Source: a virus. Taken from it: 44,231 nucleotides of DNA. Position numbers and translations under genes: made by a program. Shown here piece after piece: positions 25,141-32,380 of the stretch. The notes below the pieces were generated by a model that had not been told where the DNA came from, searched no databases, and worked only from the letters and a program-made list of their open reading frames with translations. Within the stretch, counting starts at the first letter, position 1. Every line of letters begins with the position of its first letter. The stretch spans positions 1 to 44,231 of the IMG/VR virus record IMGVR_UViG_3300045988_042325. One strand, written 5' to 3'.

Positions 25141-25201
25141 AACCTATGGCTTTTAAATTGCAAAACCTATGGTTTTCATTTTTAATAACCAGTGGTATAC
25201 T
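25141..25201 (+). promoter_or_regulatory. Three 23-bp-phased direct repeats overlapping a promoter
   Basis: AACCTATGG at 25141 and 25164, and AACCAGTGG at 25187. The promoter is TTTTCA (25173), 17-nt spacer, TATACT (25196), with a TGG extended -10. It lies just upstream of the RBS of the plus-strand gene at 25222. Confidence 0.5.
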
Positions 25202-25221
25202 CCTATAGAAAGGAGTGCTTT

Positions 25222-25575
25222 ATGAACCATATTGACTTTTCCAACATCGAATTATCTTTTACTGAAATGCTCACCCTCCGCCTGTTGACAATCGTTAAAT
25301 CTAACCGATTTTATAAGTTCGCCACCCTTGATTATTTACACCGTCTTGGTTTACTTGATCGGCATAACGGGGTTTACTCTGTCAACAGATACGGAAAAAT
25401 GTATTTCAGAATCAAGCGAAAAGATTTCCTCAAATTCATAATCCCAACAGGAATATCAATCGCTGCACTGTTCGCCGGATATGATGTATACAAAAATCCA
25501 CTTCTGGGCGAAACATTACAAGCAATAAAGATGTTACTGAAACATATAGTGGGAAGTTTGGGAATCTTTTCATAA
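25222..25575 (+). CDS. Plus-strand moron: protein with wHTH-like N-terminus and C-terminal TM segment
   Basis: Start moved to ATG 25222 (MNHIDFS), with an AAAGGAG RBS. TM segment 'FIIPTGISIAALFAGYDVY'. Opposite in orientation to the flanking lytic genes. Confidence 0.6.
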   Translation: MNHIDFSNIELSFTEMLTLRLLTIVKSNRFYKFATLDYLHRLGLLDRHNGVYSVNRYGKMYFRIKRKDFLKFIIPTGISIAALFAGYDVYKNPLLGETLQAIKMLLKHIVGSLGIFS

Positions 25576-25710
25576 ACCACTCCATCAGTGTTTTCCTTGG
25601 CTCAAAAAAGTACCAATGAACAAATCTCTTTATTCGTATTACCAACTTTTTCTTGAGAAAAACTATCTGACAAGCCAGTGTCATATACACAGTGGTCAAA
25701 ACTACAACGA

Positions 25711-25746
25711 TTCTTTTCCTATTCACTCTCCCATTCCTCTTCTAAC
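25711..25746 (+). repeat. 36-nt direct repeat, copy 1 (35/36 identical to 26636..26671)
   Basis: TTCTTTTCCTATTCACTCTCCCATTCCTCTTCTAAC. Confidence 0.9.
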
Positions 25747-25756
25747 TTTTCAATTT

Positions 25757-26098
25757 CTATACAAACAGAGCCACTAACGCAATTAATAGAGACATTACTG
25801 AAATAACTGTTAAGACATGTACACTGGCAGCAAGAGACTCTAACATCTCTGCTATTTCATTCTTTTCTCTTTCTGTCTGCTTACATGGTTCCTCTTGGAA
25901 AATACAATCCATTTCCAATGTCCCACCATATGGAATTGGTTCATCAAATCCAAGTTCCCTTTTTTCTGGCATTTTTAACTTGCTGGAATCTCCAGTGATA
26001 ACCGCTTTCTTTATCTGGATTATCTGATCTTGCAAATCCCAAACGCGATACCATGCTTTTCTCAGGGACATGTTTAGTTCTTTTTCACTCTTTCTCAT
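25757..26098 (-). CDS. Tail-anchored membrane protein (start uncertain)
   Basis: C-terminal TM 'VLTVISVMSLLIALVALFV'. The ORF-track start at 26278 is a TTG. The first ATG with a weak RBS is 26098 (MRKSEKELN). Confidence 0.45.
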   Translation of the reverse strand: MRKSEKELNMSLRKAWYRVWDLQDQIIQIKKAVITGDSSKLKMPEKRELGFDEPIPYGGTLEMDCIFQEEPCKQTEREKNEIAEMLESLAASVHVLTVISVMSLLIALVALFV

Positions 26099-26354
26099 TT
26101 CTCTCACTTTCCCGTCAATAGTCTCATTACAACTGAAACCGTGATTGCAACTATCACCGGAATGATATAATCCCAATTTGGTTTTTCCATCTTCTCTCCT
26201 CTCAAAAGTTAAGCTTCTTTCCTGTTGACTTTTCCACTGATCGCTCCTATTCTTTAAACACAGGCACCACCATGCCAAGTCTGGAGAAAGGAGAATCTCA
26301 TGGTTGAAACAGTTTCACGGTTGTACCACTGCCATAAAATTCATAAACACATCA

Positions 26355-26633
26355 CTATTTATGAAGAGTATGAGATTTCTGGTAACAATCGCCGCCTACT
26401 GCGCTGCTCATGTCCATATCATCAATACAAGGAAATGAAGCCGCACTGTGATGGCAATAATGATTTTGGTTTCCAGTGTGGTTATGCAAAAAATCAATAA
26501 CCAGGCTTACCAATTCATCTGGCCGCTCACTAGGCGATAAGTAACAGTAAAGCCGGAGGTCGCATTTGCAGCAGTCTCCACCAGATTCTTTGCAATGCTG
26601 GCTGACGGCTTTATTAAATTCAAGTGCGTCCAT
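26355..26633 (-). CDS. Hypothetical Cys/His-rich protein
   Basis: ATG 26633 (MDALEFNKAV). The ORF-track start is a GTG inside the repeat. Confidence 0.5.
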   Translation of the reverse strand: MDALEFNKAVSQHCKESGGDCCKCDLRLYCYLSPSERPDELVSLVIDFLHNHTGNQNHYCHHSAASFPCIDDMDMSSAVGGDCYQKSHTLHK

Positions 26634-26635
26634 TA

Positions 26636-26671
26636 TTCTTTTCCTATTCACTCTCCTATTCCTCTTCTAAC
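26636..26671 (+). repeat. 36-nt direct repeat, copy 2
   Basis: TTCTTTTCCTATTCACTCTCCTATTCCTCTTCTAAC. Spans the stop of the Xis-like gene and the start of the next gene. Confidence 0.9.
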
Positions 26672-26836
26672 AGTTCTCCGGGATTCTTCAAACTCTTTGA
26701 GATCTTCTTCTTTGATGCGGTACTCTTTACCAATGCGGATCGCTGGAAGTTTTTTTAATCTGATCCATTCCCACACAGTAATGATTTTTACTCCGTATCT
26801 CTCTGCAATCTCTCCGCAGGTATACATCTTCAACAA
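26648..26836 (-). CDS. Excisionase-family/MerR-type HTH protein (Xis- or Cro-like), first lytic-direction gene
   Basis: 'YTCGEIAERYGVKIITVWEWIRLKKLPAIRIGKEYRIKEEDLKEF' matches the excisionase-family HTH pattern. Divergent from the repressor gene. Confidence 0.75.
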   Translation of the reverse strand: MLKMYTCGEIAERYGVKIITVWEWIRLKKLPAIRIGKEYRIKEEDLKEFEESRRTVRRGIGE

Positions 26837-27073
26837 ATAGTAGACACCTCCATTCTAAAAAATAATAATTTCTACTTCAAAAAAACGTTTTAATGCTTGC
26901 GTATAGTTCGGTTTAGTGATATACTTGGTTTGTCGAACGAAATATATCGTTTTAAAATGGCATTTTATTGTTTTAGCTCGTTTCACCGAACTATAGGTAT
27001 ACTATAGCACGTAAAAACGAACTAGTCAATAGTTTTGCCTCGTTTTTTTTAACTATTTTTTTAGAGGTGGACT
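26837..27073. promoter_or_regulatory. Lysis-lysogeny switch region
   Basis: Plus-strand promoter TTGCGT (26896), 17-nt spacer, TATACT (26919), with TGA extended -10. An 11-bp inverted repeat TATAGTTCGGT/ACCGAACTATA at 26901..26911 and 26985..26995. Palindromes AACGA-n7-TCGTT (26935..26951) and CTATAG-n5-CTATAG (26991..27007). Confidence 0.6.
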
Positions 27074-27445
27074 ATGTACGAAGTTTTTAAAAGTCTATGC
27101 GATGCACGGGGTATTACAACTTACCGTTTTTGCAAAGACACAGGGGTTAGCACGTCAACAATCAGCACATGGAAAACAAAGGATTCCGTATGTAGTACAA
27201 AGTTGGCAAAAATAGTATCGGAGTATTTTGGCGTATCCATTAACTACATTCTTACAGGGAAGGAGGAAAACGCAGAAGAAATTGAAAGAAGCAGGATTGT
27301 AAATATGAACCTTCAAATGGAAGAGATATTGAGCGCTGATACACTGATGTTTGACGGAAAACCAATCGACCCGGAAAGCGCTGAATTGCTTCAGAAGCAA
27401 ATTGAAATTGCGCTTGAAACAATCCGTTTGAAGAGAAAGAAGTAA
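27074..27445 (+). CDS. XRE-family (CI-like) repressor
   Basis: N-terminal HTH 'LCDARGITTYRFCKDTGVSTSTISTWKT'. Paired with a downstream ImmA-type peptidase. Confidence 0.85.
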   Translation: MYEVFKSLCDARGITTYRFCKDTGVSTSTISTWKTKDSVCSTKLAKIVSEYFGVSINYILTGKEENAEEIERSRIVNMNLQMEEILSADTLMFDGKPIDPESAELLQKQIEIALETIRLKRKK

Positions 27446-27452
27446 AGGGCTT

Positions 27453-27920
27453 ATGCGTATGGGTAGGAAAGAAGAAATAAAAGAAAAAGTACTGGAAATT
27501 GTCAACATGTATGGCACAAGAAACCCATATAGGCTTGCAAGTGATATGGGATACCTTGTACAAGAGGGGGATCTGGGGAAAGTCCCAGGCTGCTGCATAA
27601 AGTTAGAGGGTCAAATGGTTATTTTTGTCAATGTGACACTTGACAGACCCATGAGAACAATGGTTACTGCCCATGAATTGGGTCATGCCGTTTTGCACCC
27701 AGATGACTATTATTTCTATTCCTACACCAGATACAACCGTGACCGTGTGGAAATCGAAGCTCACACATTCGCAGCCGAACTACTAATCCCAGATAAACTA
27801 ATTGAAGATTACCCAGGATACTCCATTGATCAGCTTGCCATACTTACTGGATACACTACACGGTTGTTGGGCTTTAAAAAATACGGATATAAAACCGATA
27901 AAGAGAAAAAAGCATCATAA
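27453..27920 (+). CDS. ImmA/IrrE-family zinc metallopeptidase
   Basis: 'TAHELGHAVLH' is an HEXXH motif. Canonical position after the XRE repressor. Confidence 0.85.
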   Translation: MRMGRKEEIKEKVLEIVNMYGTRNPYRLASDMGYLVQEGDLGKVPGCCIKLEGQMVIFVNVTLDRPMRTMVTAHELGHAVLHPDDYYFYSYTRYNRDRVEIEAHTFAAELLIPDKLIEDYPGYSIDQLAILTGYTTRLLGFKKYGYKTDKEKKAS

Positions 27921-27932
27921 GGAGAACGTTTT

Positions 27933-28841
27933 ATGAGCGTAAAGGGTGTAAATCAGATCCTTTTTGTGGGACAGAATGGAATAAGAATTGAAGCATTTTT
28001 AAAAAAAGACATCACAGTAGGCTACGAAAACATGGAAAAAATTAAATACCGTTATGCAGATTCATGTGGAAATGGATATATGGTTTTTACCACTGTTGAT
28101 GATATTTCTTATACTTTTTCATATAAGGAACAGGCAAACGAACCGATGTCCAGAGCTGTATCCTACATACAAGAGCATTCACCCAATATCAAAATAGAGT
28201 TTATTGCTCAATCAGCTATAAAAGATGAATCAGCTCCTAGTGCATATATGGAATCATATCCAAAAATAGCGATCGCAATAACATCTGGCAAGCAATTTTT
28301 GAAAGTGAATACTCTTTTTAACACAGTAATCATTAAACGTATGCCCGATGGTTTTGTGACATTCGGAAATGATAGTGAAAGATATTCCATTCTGTGGATC
28401 GACTGGGATGGAGCCAAATATAAGTCCATTACCACAACAAACCTTTCTGGAACTGAAAGAACTAAGACAAAGGGAAAAGCAAAAGAAAAGGGTCTCTGGA
28501 ATAGTAGAGTCAAGGAATCAAGTGTTGGAAAGACCAACTATCAAAATAGTGGGAATTCCATATCAAGAAATTTTGAGGTGGAATCCAATGCAACCATGAA
28601 GGTGCAGAAAGAATCGACTGGAAATACTTTTGTGATCGGCTTTGTCTGCACATCAAAAATTTATGCTGAACTGCAAAACTACATCATAGAGCAAGAGGAC
28701 GATTTCCAGGAGCCGAGCGAACCAGTGAGCGTTGATGATAAGATAGGCTCTATTCGTTTGCTGAAAGAATACAAAGATTTATTTGATTCTGGAATCATCA
28801 CCGAAGAGGAATTTTTGAAAAAGAAAGAAGAATTGCTATAA
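27933..28841 (+). CDS. SHOCT-domain protein of unknown function (lysogeny-module cargo)
   Basis: C-terminal 'IRLLKEYKDLFDSGIITEEEFLKKKEELL' is the SHOCT motif. The two N-terminal beta-rich domains are unassigned. Confidence 0.7.
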   Translation: MSVKGVNQILFVGQNGIRIEAFLKKDITVGYENMEKIKYRYADSCGNGYMVFTTVDDISYTFSYKEQANEPMSRAVSYIQEHSPNIKIEFIAQSAIKDESAPSAYMESYPKIAIAITSGKQFLKVNTLFNTVIIKRMPDGFVTFGNDSERYSILWIDWDGAKYKSITTTNLSGTERTKTKGKAKEKGLWNSRVKESSVGKTNYQNSGNSISRNFEVESNATMKVQKESTGNTFVIGFVCTSKIYAELQNYIIEQEDDFQEPSEPVSVDDKIGSIRLLKEYKDLFDSGIITEEEFLKKKEELL

Positions 28842-29036
28842 AAAAGCACGTTGGAATTTGTACCCACAGAAAAAACGCCCGGTGCTGCAACACCAGACGT
28901 TTTGAATAATTGGGATGATACGCTGATACACTATCAACCTACACACTTATTGTATCATCCCAGACTCAGCCATGCAAGATAAATTTCCAAAATCTGGTAA
29001 GGCTGTATTTTTTTATACCCAAAAGGAGGATACACT

Positions 29037-30170
29037 ATGGCAAATGCAAAGAAATTACCGTCTGGATCATGGCGGTGTCTGGTCTTTAGCCACACGGAGC
29101 ACGTGTTGGACGAAAAGACCGGGGAACTAAAAAAGGTAAAACGCTACCGCTCTTTTACCTCTGATCTCCCAGGAAAAGCCGGGAAAAAGGAAGCAGAGCG
29201 AGCCGCTGCCGAATGGCTGGCAAATAAACCAAAAAGCAACGCATCCATGCAGTATACACTTGATAATATGACACTGAGGGAAGCGGCTGAAAAGTACATA
29301 GATATGTGTGTGTCGCTTAATCGGTCTCCTTGTACGATCCAGGACTACCGCTGCATCTTGAACAACGGATTCCAGGATCTCTTTGATCTGAAGCTAAAAG
29401 ACATTGACGAAATGATCCTGCAAGAAGCTGTTACGATGGAGTCGAAGCGCACAACCAATGGAAGAACCAAAAGACCATTGTCTGCAAAGCGTCTGAAAAA
29501 CGAGTGGGGATTGGTAAGTGCTACACTCCACAAATACAAAAAGAGCATCGACACCCATGAGATACATCTTCCGTCTGTGCCGGATCGCATCCCGGAGCTG
29601 CCCGCAGCTGACGTTGTGATTGACCTGGTACGTGGGACAGAAATAGAACTTCCGGTGCTGCTGGCTATGTGGTTATCCTTTTCCATGTCTGAGGTACGTG
29701 GACTTACAAAGTCAAAATCAATTAAAGACGGATGCATCACGATCAATGAAGTGGTTGTGGACGTAGACGGAAAGCCTATCAGAAAGGGCGATCCAAAAGA
29801 ACCTACACGAAGAAGATCACACAGAATTCCTCCATATATCATGAACTTGATCGACCAGGTAGATGGTGATGTCTTGGTGCCAATCAGCGGCAAAGCACTT
29901 TATCACCGATGGATTAAGCTCCAGAAAAAAGCCGGAATGGAGCCGATCACCTTTCACGATCTGCGGCACGTAAGTGCTTCCGTAATGGCTCTTTTACAGA
30001 TCCCGGACAATTACGCCCAGGAACGTGGTGGCTGGAAGAATGATAAAATAATGAAAAAAGTGTATATTCAAACATTTTCTGAGGAAAGGAAAATGGTAGA
30101 TAGCAAGATAGACTCTTACTTTGAAAGTAAAATACAACACGAAATACAACACGAAAAGAAAAAAGCCTAG
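29037..30170 (+). CDS. int: Tyrosine integrase
   Basis: 'ITFHDLRHVSAS', 'ERGGWKND' and 'KKVYIQ' fit the catalytic H-x-x-R, (H/W) and Y boxes. Adjacent to attP. Confidence 0.9.
   Translation: MANAKKLPSGSWRCLVFSHTEHVLDEKTGELKKVKRYRSFTSDLPGKAGKKEAERAAAEWLANKPKSNASMQYTLDNMTLREAAEKYIDMCVSLNRSPCTIQDYRCILNNGFQDLFDLKLKDIDEMILQEAVTMESKRTTNGRTKRPLSAKRLKNEWGLVSATLHKYKKSIDTHEIHLPSVPDRIPELPAADVVIDLVRGTEIELPVLLAMWLSFSMSEVRGLTKSKSIKDGCITINEVVVDVDGKPIRKGDPKEPTRRRSHRIPPYIMNLIDQVDGDVLVPISGKALYHRWIKLQKKAGMEPITFHDLRHVSASVMALLQIPDNYAQERGGWKNDKIMKKVYIQTFSEERKMVDSKIDSYFESKIQHEIQHEKKKA
30134..30155 (+). repeat. 22-nt direct repeat copy 1 (candidate integrase arm-type site)
   Basis: ACAACACGAAATACAACACGAA, itself two tandem 11-mers. 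Lies in the last codons of int. Confidence 0.7.
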
Positions 30171-30186
30171 TAAATACTAGGCTTTT
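30164..30186 (+). terminator. Terminator after int
   Basis: AGCCTAGTA-AA-TACTAGGCT followed by TTTT. The stop codon lies inside the stem. Confidence 0.55.
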
Positions 30187-30190
30187 CGAG

Positions 30191-30220
30191 AGCGCGAGAC
30201 GGGACTCGAACCCGTCAAAC
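30191..30220 (-). other. attP core: 3' fragment of a tRNA gene
   Basis: The minus strand reads ACGGG-TTCGAGT-CCCGT (T arm), then the acceptor 3' strand CTCGCGC, then T. No D or anticodon arm lies upstream. Confidence 0.6.
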
Positions 30221-30339
30221 GCTTACATCCAAAAACTGCGTAATTGCTTTATTTCCTTTATTTATGCGTATTCTTAACTCTCGTAAATTTTACTTAAATA
30301 TCATATTTGATACTATTTTACAGTATTTAAGACAAAAAG

Positions 30340-30361
30340 ACAACACGAAATACAACACGAA
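30340..30361 (+). repeat. 22-nt direct repeat copy 2 (candidate arm-type site)
   Basis: Identical to 30134..30155. The two copies flank the tRNA fragment. Confidence 0.7.
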
Positions 30362-30582
30362 GTATTTAAAATTTAAGTGTATAAATATTCCATGAGAAGT
30401 TTTGAAGAATTTCAGAATTATGATGAATAAATTAGGTTTTATTTTCAATCATACCTCGATTCGTGTTTAGAACGGCAAGGTTACCATTCTGCAAATTTCC
30501 TTTTTTGATGGCTTTTTTAAATATTGAGTAATACAAAAAGCCCACTAAAATTGAGCAACATAAATAAAAAGGTATTCTTATA

Positions 30583-30611
30583 TTGATAAATTAAATTGAG
30601 TATACTATAAT
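30583..30611 (+). promoter_or_regulatory. Near-consensus promoter of the RHH gene
   Basis: TTGATA, 17-nt spacer, TATAAT. The spacer contains ATTGAGTATAC. Confidence 0.6.
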
Positions 30612-30634
30612 TAAGAAAAAAGGAGGTTAAACAA

Positions 30635-30838
30635 ATGGAATTATTGGAAGCAAAAAGAAAGTTAGAGCAACGCTATAACAAGCAAAATGAATATAATAAG
30701 AAGAATTACGACAGAGTTTCCGTGATGTTCCCGGCTGGATATCGTGACAAAGTAAGGGCGATCGCAAGCAGCGAAGGGAAAAGCCTAAACGCCTACATAC
30801 TTGAGGCTGTGCAAGAAAAGATAGAAAAAATTGAGTAA
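30635..30838 (+). CDS. Ribbon-helix-helix (Arc/CopG-like) DNA-binding protein
   Basis: 67 aa. 'YDRVSVMFPAGYRDKVRAIASSEGKSLNAYILEAVQEKI' fits a beta-strand-helix-helix pattern. AAGGAGG RBS. Confidence 0.7.
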   Translation: MELLEAKRKLEQRYNKQNEYNKKNYDRVSVMFPAGYRDKVRAIASSEGKSLNAYILEAVQEKIEKIE

Positions 30839-30852
30839 TATGAAAAAAACTA

Positions 30853-30881
30853 TTGACAAAATATATTGAGTAATATATAAT
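30853..30881 (+). promoter_or_regulatory. Consensus promoter downstream of the RHH gene
   Basis: TTGACA, 17-nt spacer, TATAAT. The spacer contains ATTGAGTAATA. Confidence 0.6.
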
Positions 30882-31015
30882 AGTGTTATCAAAAGAAAAC
30901 AGGATGAGAAGAAGCACAGTATGAGGAATACGAGATCGAAGTCGAACTCGGATAAGGCGCAAAATGTTATAATGACAGTGTCAAAGGAAATCCAAAATGA
31001 AAGGGGAATGAAAAA

Positions 31016-31246
31016 ATGTTAAGCAAAAGCGAAAAAGAAGAAATATTAAAAAAATGTACAAACATGTCAGAACATGACATAAAAAAGCATATTCAGAACG
31101 GAGCTTGTTTTTATCCAAATAACGATGAGGGCTATAAGGCTTATTTTGACGAGTGTGTTGCAGGTTTAAATGATGAATATGAAATTCCTGATATGTGGAA
31201 TTCTTTAGACATTATAGAAAATTATAGAGTCGATTTCATATCGTAA
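31016..31246 (+). CDS. Hypothetical acidic protein
   Basis: 76-aa ORF with an AAAGGGGA RBS-like sequence upstream. Confidence 0.55.
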   Translation: MLSKSEKEEILKKCTNMSEHDIKKHIQNGACFYPNNDEGYKAYFDECVAGLNDEYEIPDMWNSLDIIENYRVDFIS

Positions 31247-31320
31247 AGTTTTTATGGAAAGGTAAAGATCATGAGCAAAATTGATGACATGAGAGCCGAG
31301 ACCAGAAATATTGAGAGATT

Positions 31321-31366
31321 GAGTGGGCATAGTACTTTGCGAGGGTAGAATGCCCACTCGTTTTTT
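31321..31366 (+). terminator. Rho-independent terminator
   Basis: GAGTGGGCAT...ATGCCCACTC (10-bp perfect stem) followed by GTTTTTT. Confidence 0.7.
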
Positions 31367-31419
31367 ATTTTAATACTTACAATCAAAAAATCAACCTTTT
31401 TCGGATAAAAAAGCGACCC

Positions 31420-31902
31420 ATGAATTTTCTCATGAGCCGTTTTTATGGATTTTTTAACCTGTTAAACGGTGCGGTGGATGTAATCAATGATTTACAAACA
31501 ACCGTGGCGAAGCAGGCCAGTGCGATTGATACGCTAAATAGCAAGAACATTGGCAAAATTTATCATAAATATGGAAATGTTATCGCTAAAAAGAACACAT
31601 ATGTAGAAATTTGCCAGGTGTCAGTACCAGCAGGTGTATACATTATTTGCGCTATTGTTGGTATTAATATTGCAGATCCTAATAATATTATGAGTTTAAA
31701 TATTTCGCTGTTTGATAATGCAACAGGACAAAAAATTACAGAACAAATTGCAAGAACTACATCATCTAGTGGTGGTGGGTGTTCTACTACTATTGCTGTG
31801 AATTTAGATAATTCCGCAAGTGTAGTTTTATTATCTTATGGATATATTAGCGATAAATCTTATAATTTTACGGGAGACTTATGGGCAGTAAAATTAGGAT
31901 AA
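31420..31902 (+). CDS. Silent alternative tail-fibre C-terminal cassette (Cv2) with a fortuitous start
   Basis: Residues 13-42 'NLLNGAVDVINDLQTTVAKQASAIDTLNS' are identical to the fibre protein encoded on the opposite strand. No RBS before ATG 31420. The unrelated 119-aa C-terminal domain ends 'DLWAVKLG'. Confidence 0.6.
   Translation: MNFLMSRFYGFFNLLNGAVDVINDLQTTVAKQASAIDTLNSKNIGKIYHKYGNVIAKKNTYVEICQVSVPAGVYIICAIVGINIADPNNIMSLNISLFDNATGQKITEQIARTTSSSGGGCSTTIAVNLDNSASVVLLSYGYISDKSYNFTGDLWAVKLG
31455..31544 (+). repeat. Inverted repeat, left arm (90 bp, 100% identical to the reverse complement of 32670..32759)
   Basis: Verified base by base. Flanking bases differ on both sides. Confidence 0.95.
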
Positions 31903-32111
31903 TACCAAATGTTACTTTTTGCTCCAATTTTGCCAGTTTCCATCAGTCTTGCACCTAGTAAGAACCGCAATACTACTAGTACTGTATGTTATAAACAAAT
32001 AGTATGATCACCAGGGGTAATCCATAACGGAGTGTATTTTAATCTTGGAACGGAGATTATTCGGTTCTGGATTTATGACGGTGTTTTTGATAAAAAAAAT
32101 ATATAATCAAA

Positions 32112-32375
32112 TTACCCGATAAACTTTTTGAGTTCCCAAAAAAGTATTGTTAATTCTTGTGATACAGTAGAGAATACCCACCATTTCCCGGAATCCTGCA
32201 TAATTGTAGCGTTATATGAAAGAGTCGAAGAATTTTCAAATATAACAGGTATTACAGTTTGATACCCTTCTGTCCCTGGGATCTCAACGGCTTGATTTGC
32301 CACTGCATTGACTACATGCTTATGGCGATAGATTTCTGCTTTATTACCATTTGTATGATTAAGTCGCGATAAGCT
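32112..32375 (-). pseudogene. Third, decayed tail-fibre tip cassette (Cv3) or small accessory ORF
   Basis: The frame is open from just after the fibre stop. It has no ATG or RBS (GTG at 32303 only). 'RLNH..EIYRHKHVVNAVANQAVEI' versus Cv2 'TLNS..KIYHKYGNVIAKKNTYVEI' gives about 8/18 identities by eye. Confidence 0.4.
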
Positions 32376-32380
32376 TCAGT

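Noticed and set aside
25436-25726. 96-aa minus-strand ORF starting 'MNRKRI'
   Set aside because: It starts at a GTG inside the orphan copy of the 36-nt repeat. It runs antisense through the better-supported plus-strand gene 25222..25575.
26852-26880. Minus-strand promoter TTGAAG-n17-TAGAAT for the Xis-like gene
   Set aside because: The -10 box abuts the GGAGGTG RBS, so a transcript starting there would lack the SD sequence. It is possible but not convincing without transcript mapping.
30191-30237. Assigning the attP tRNA fragment to a specific isoacceptor (a GGA-like loop can be read further upstream)
   Set aside because: Beyond the T arm and acceptor strand, the sequence does not form an anticodon stem. 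Homology to the tRNA ends near the variable region, so the identity cannot be called from this window.
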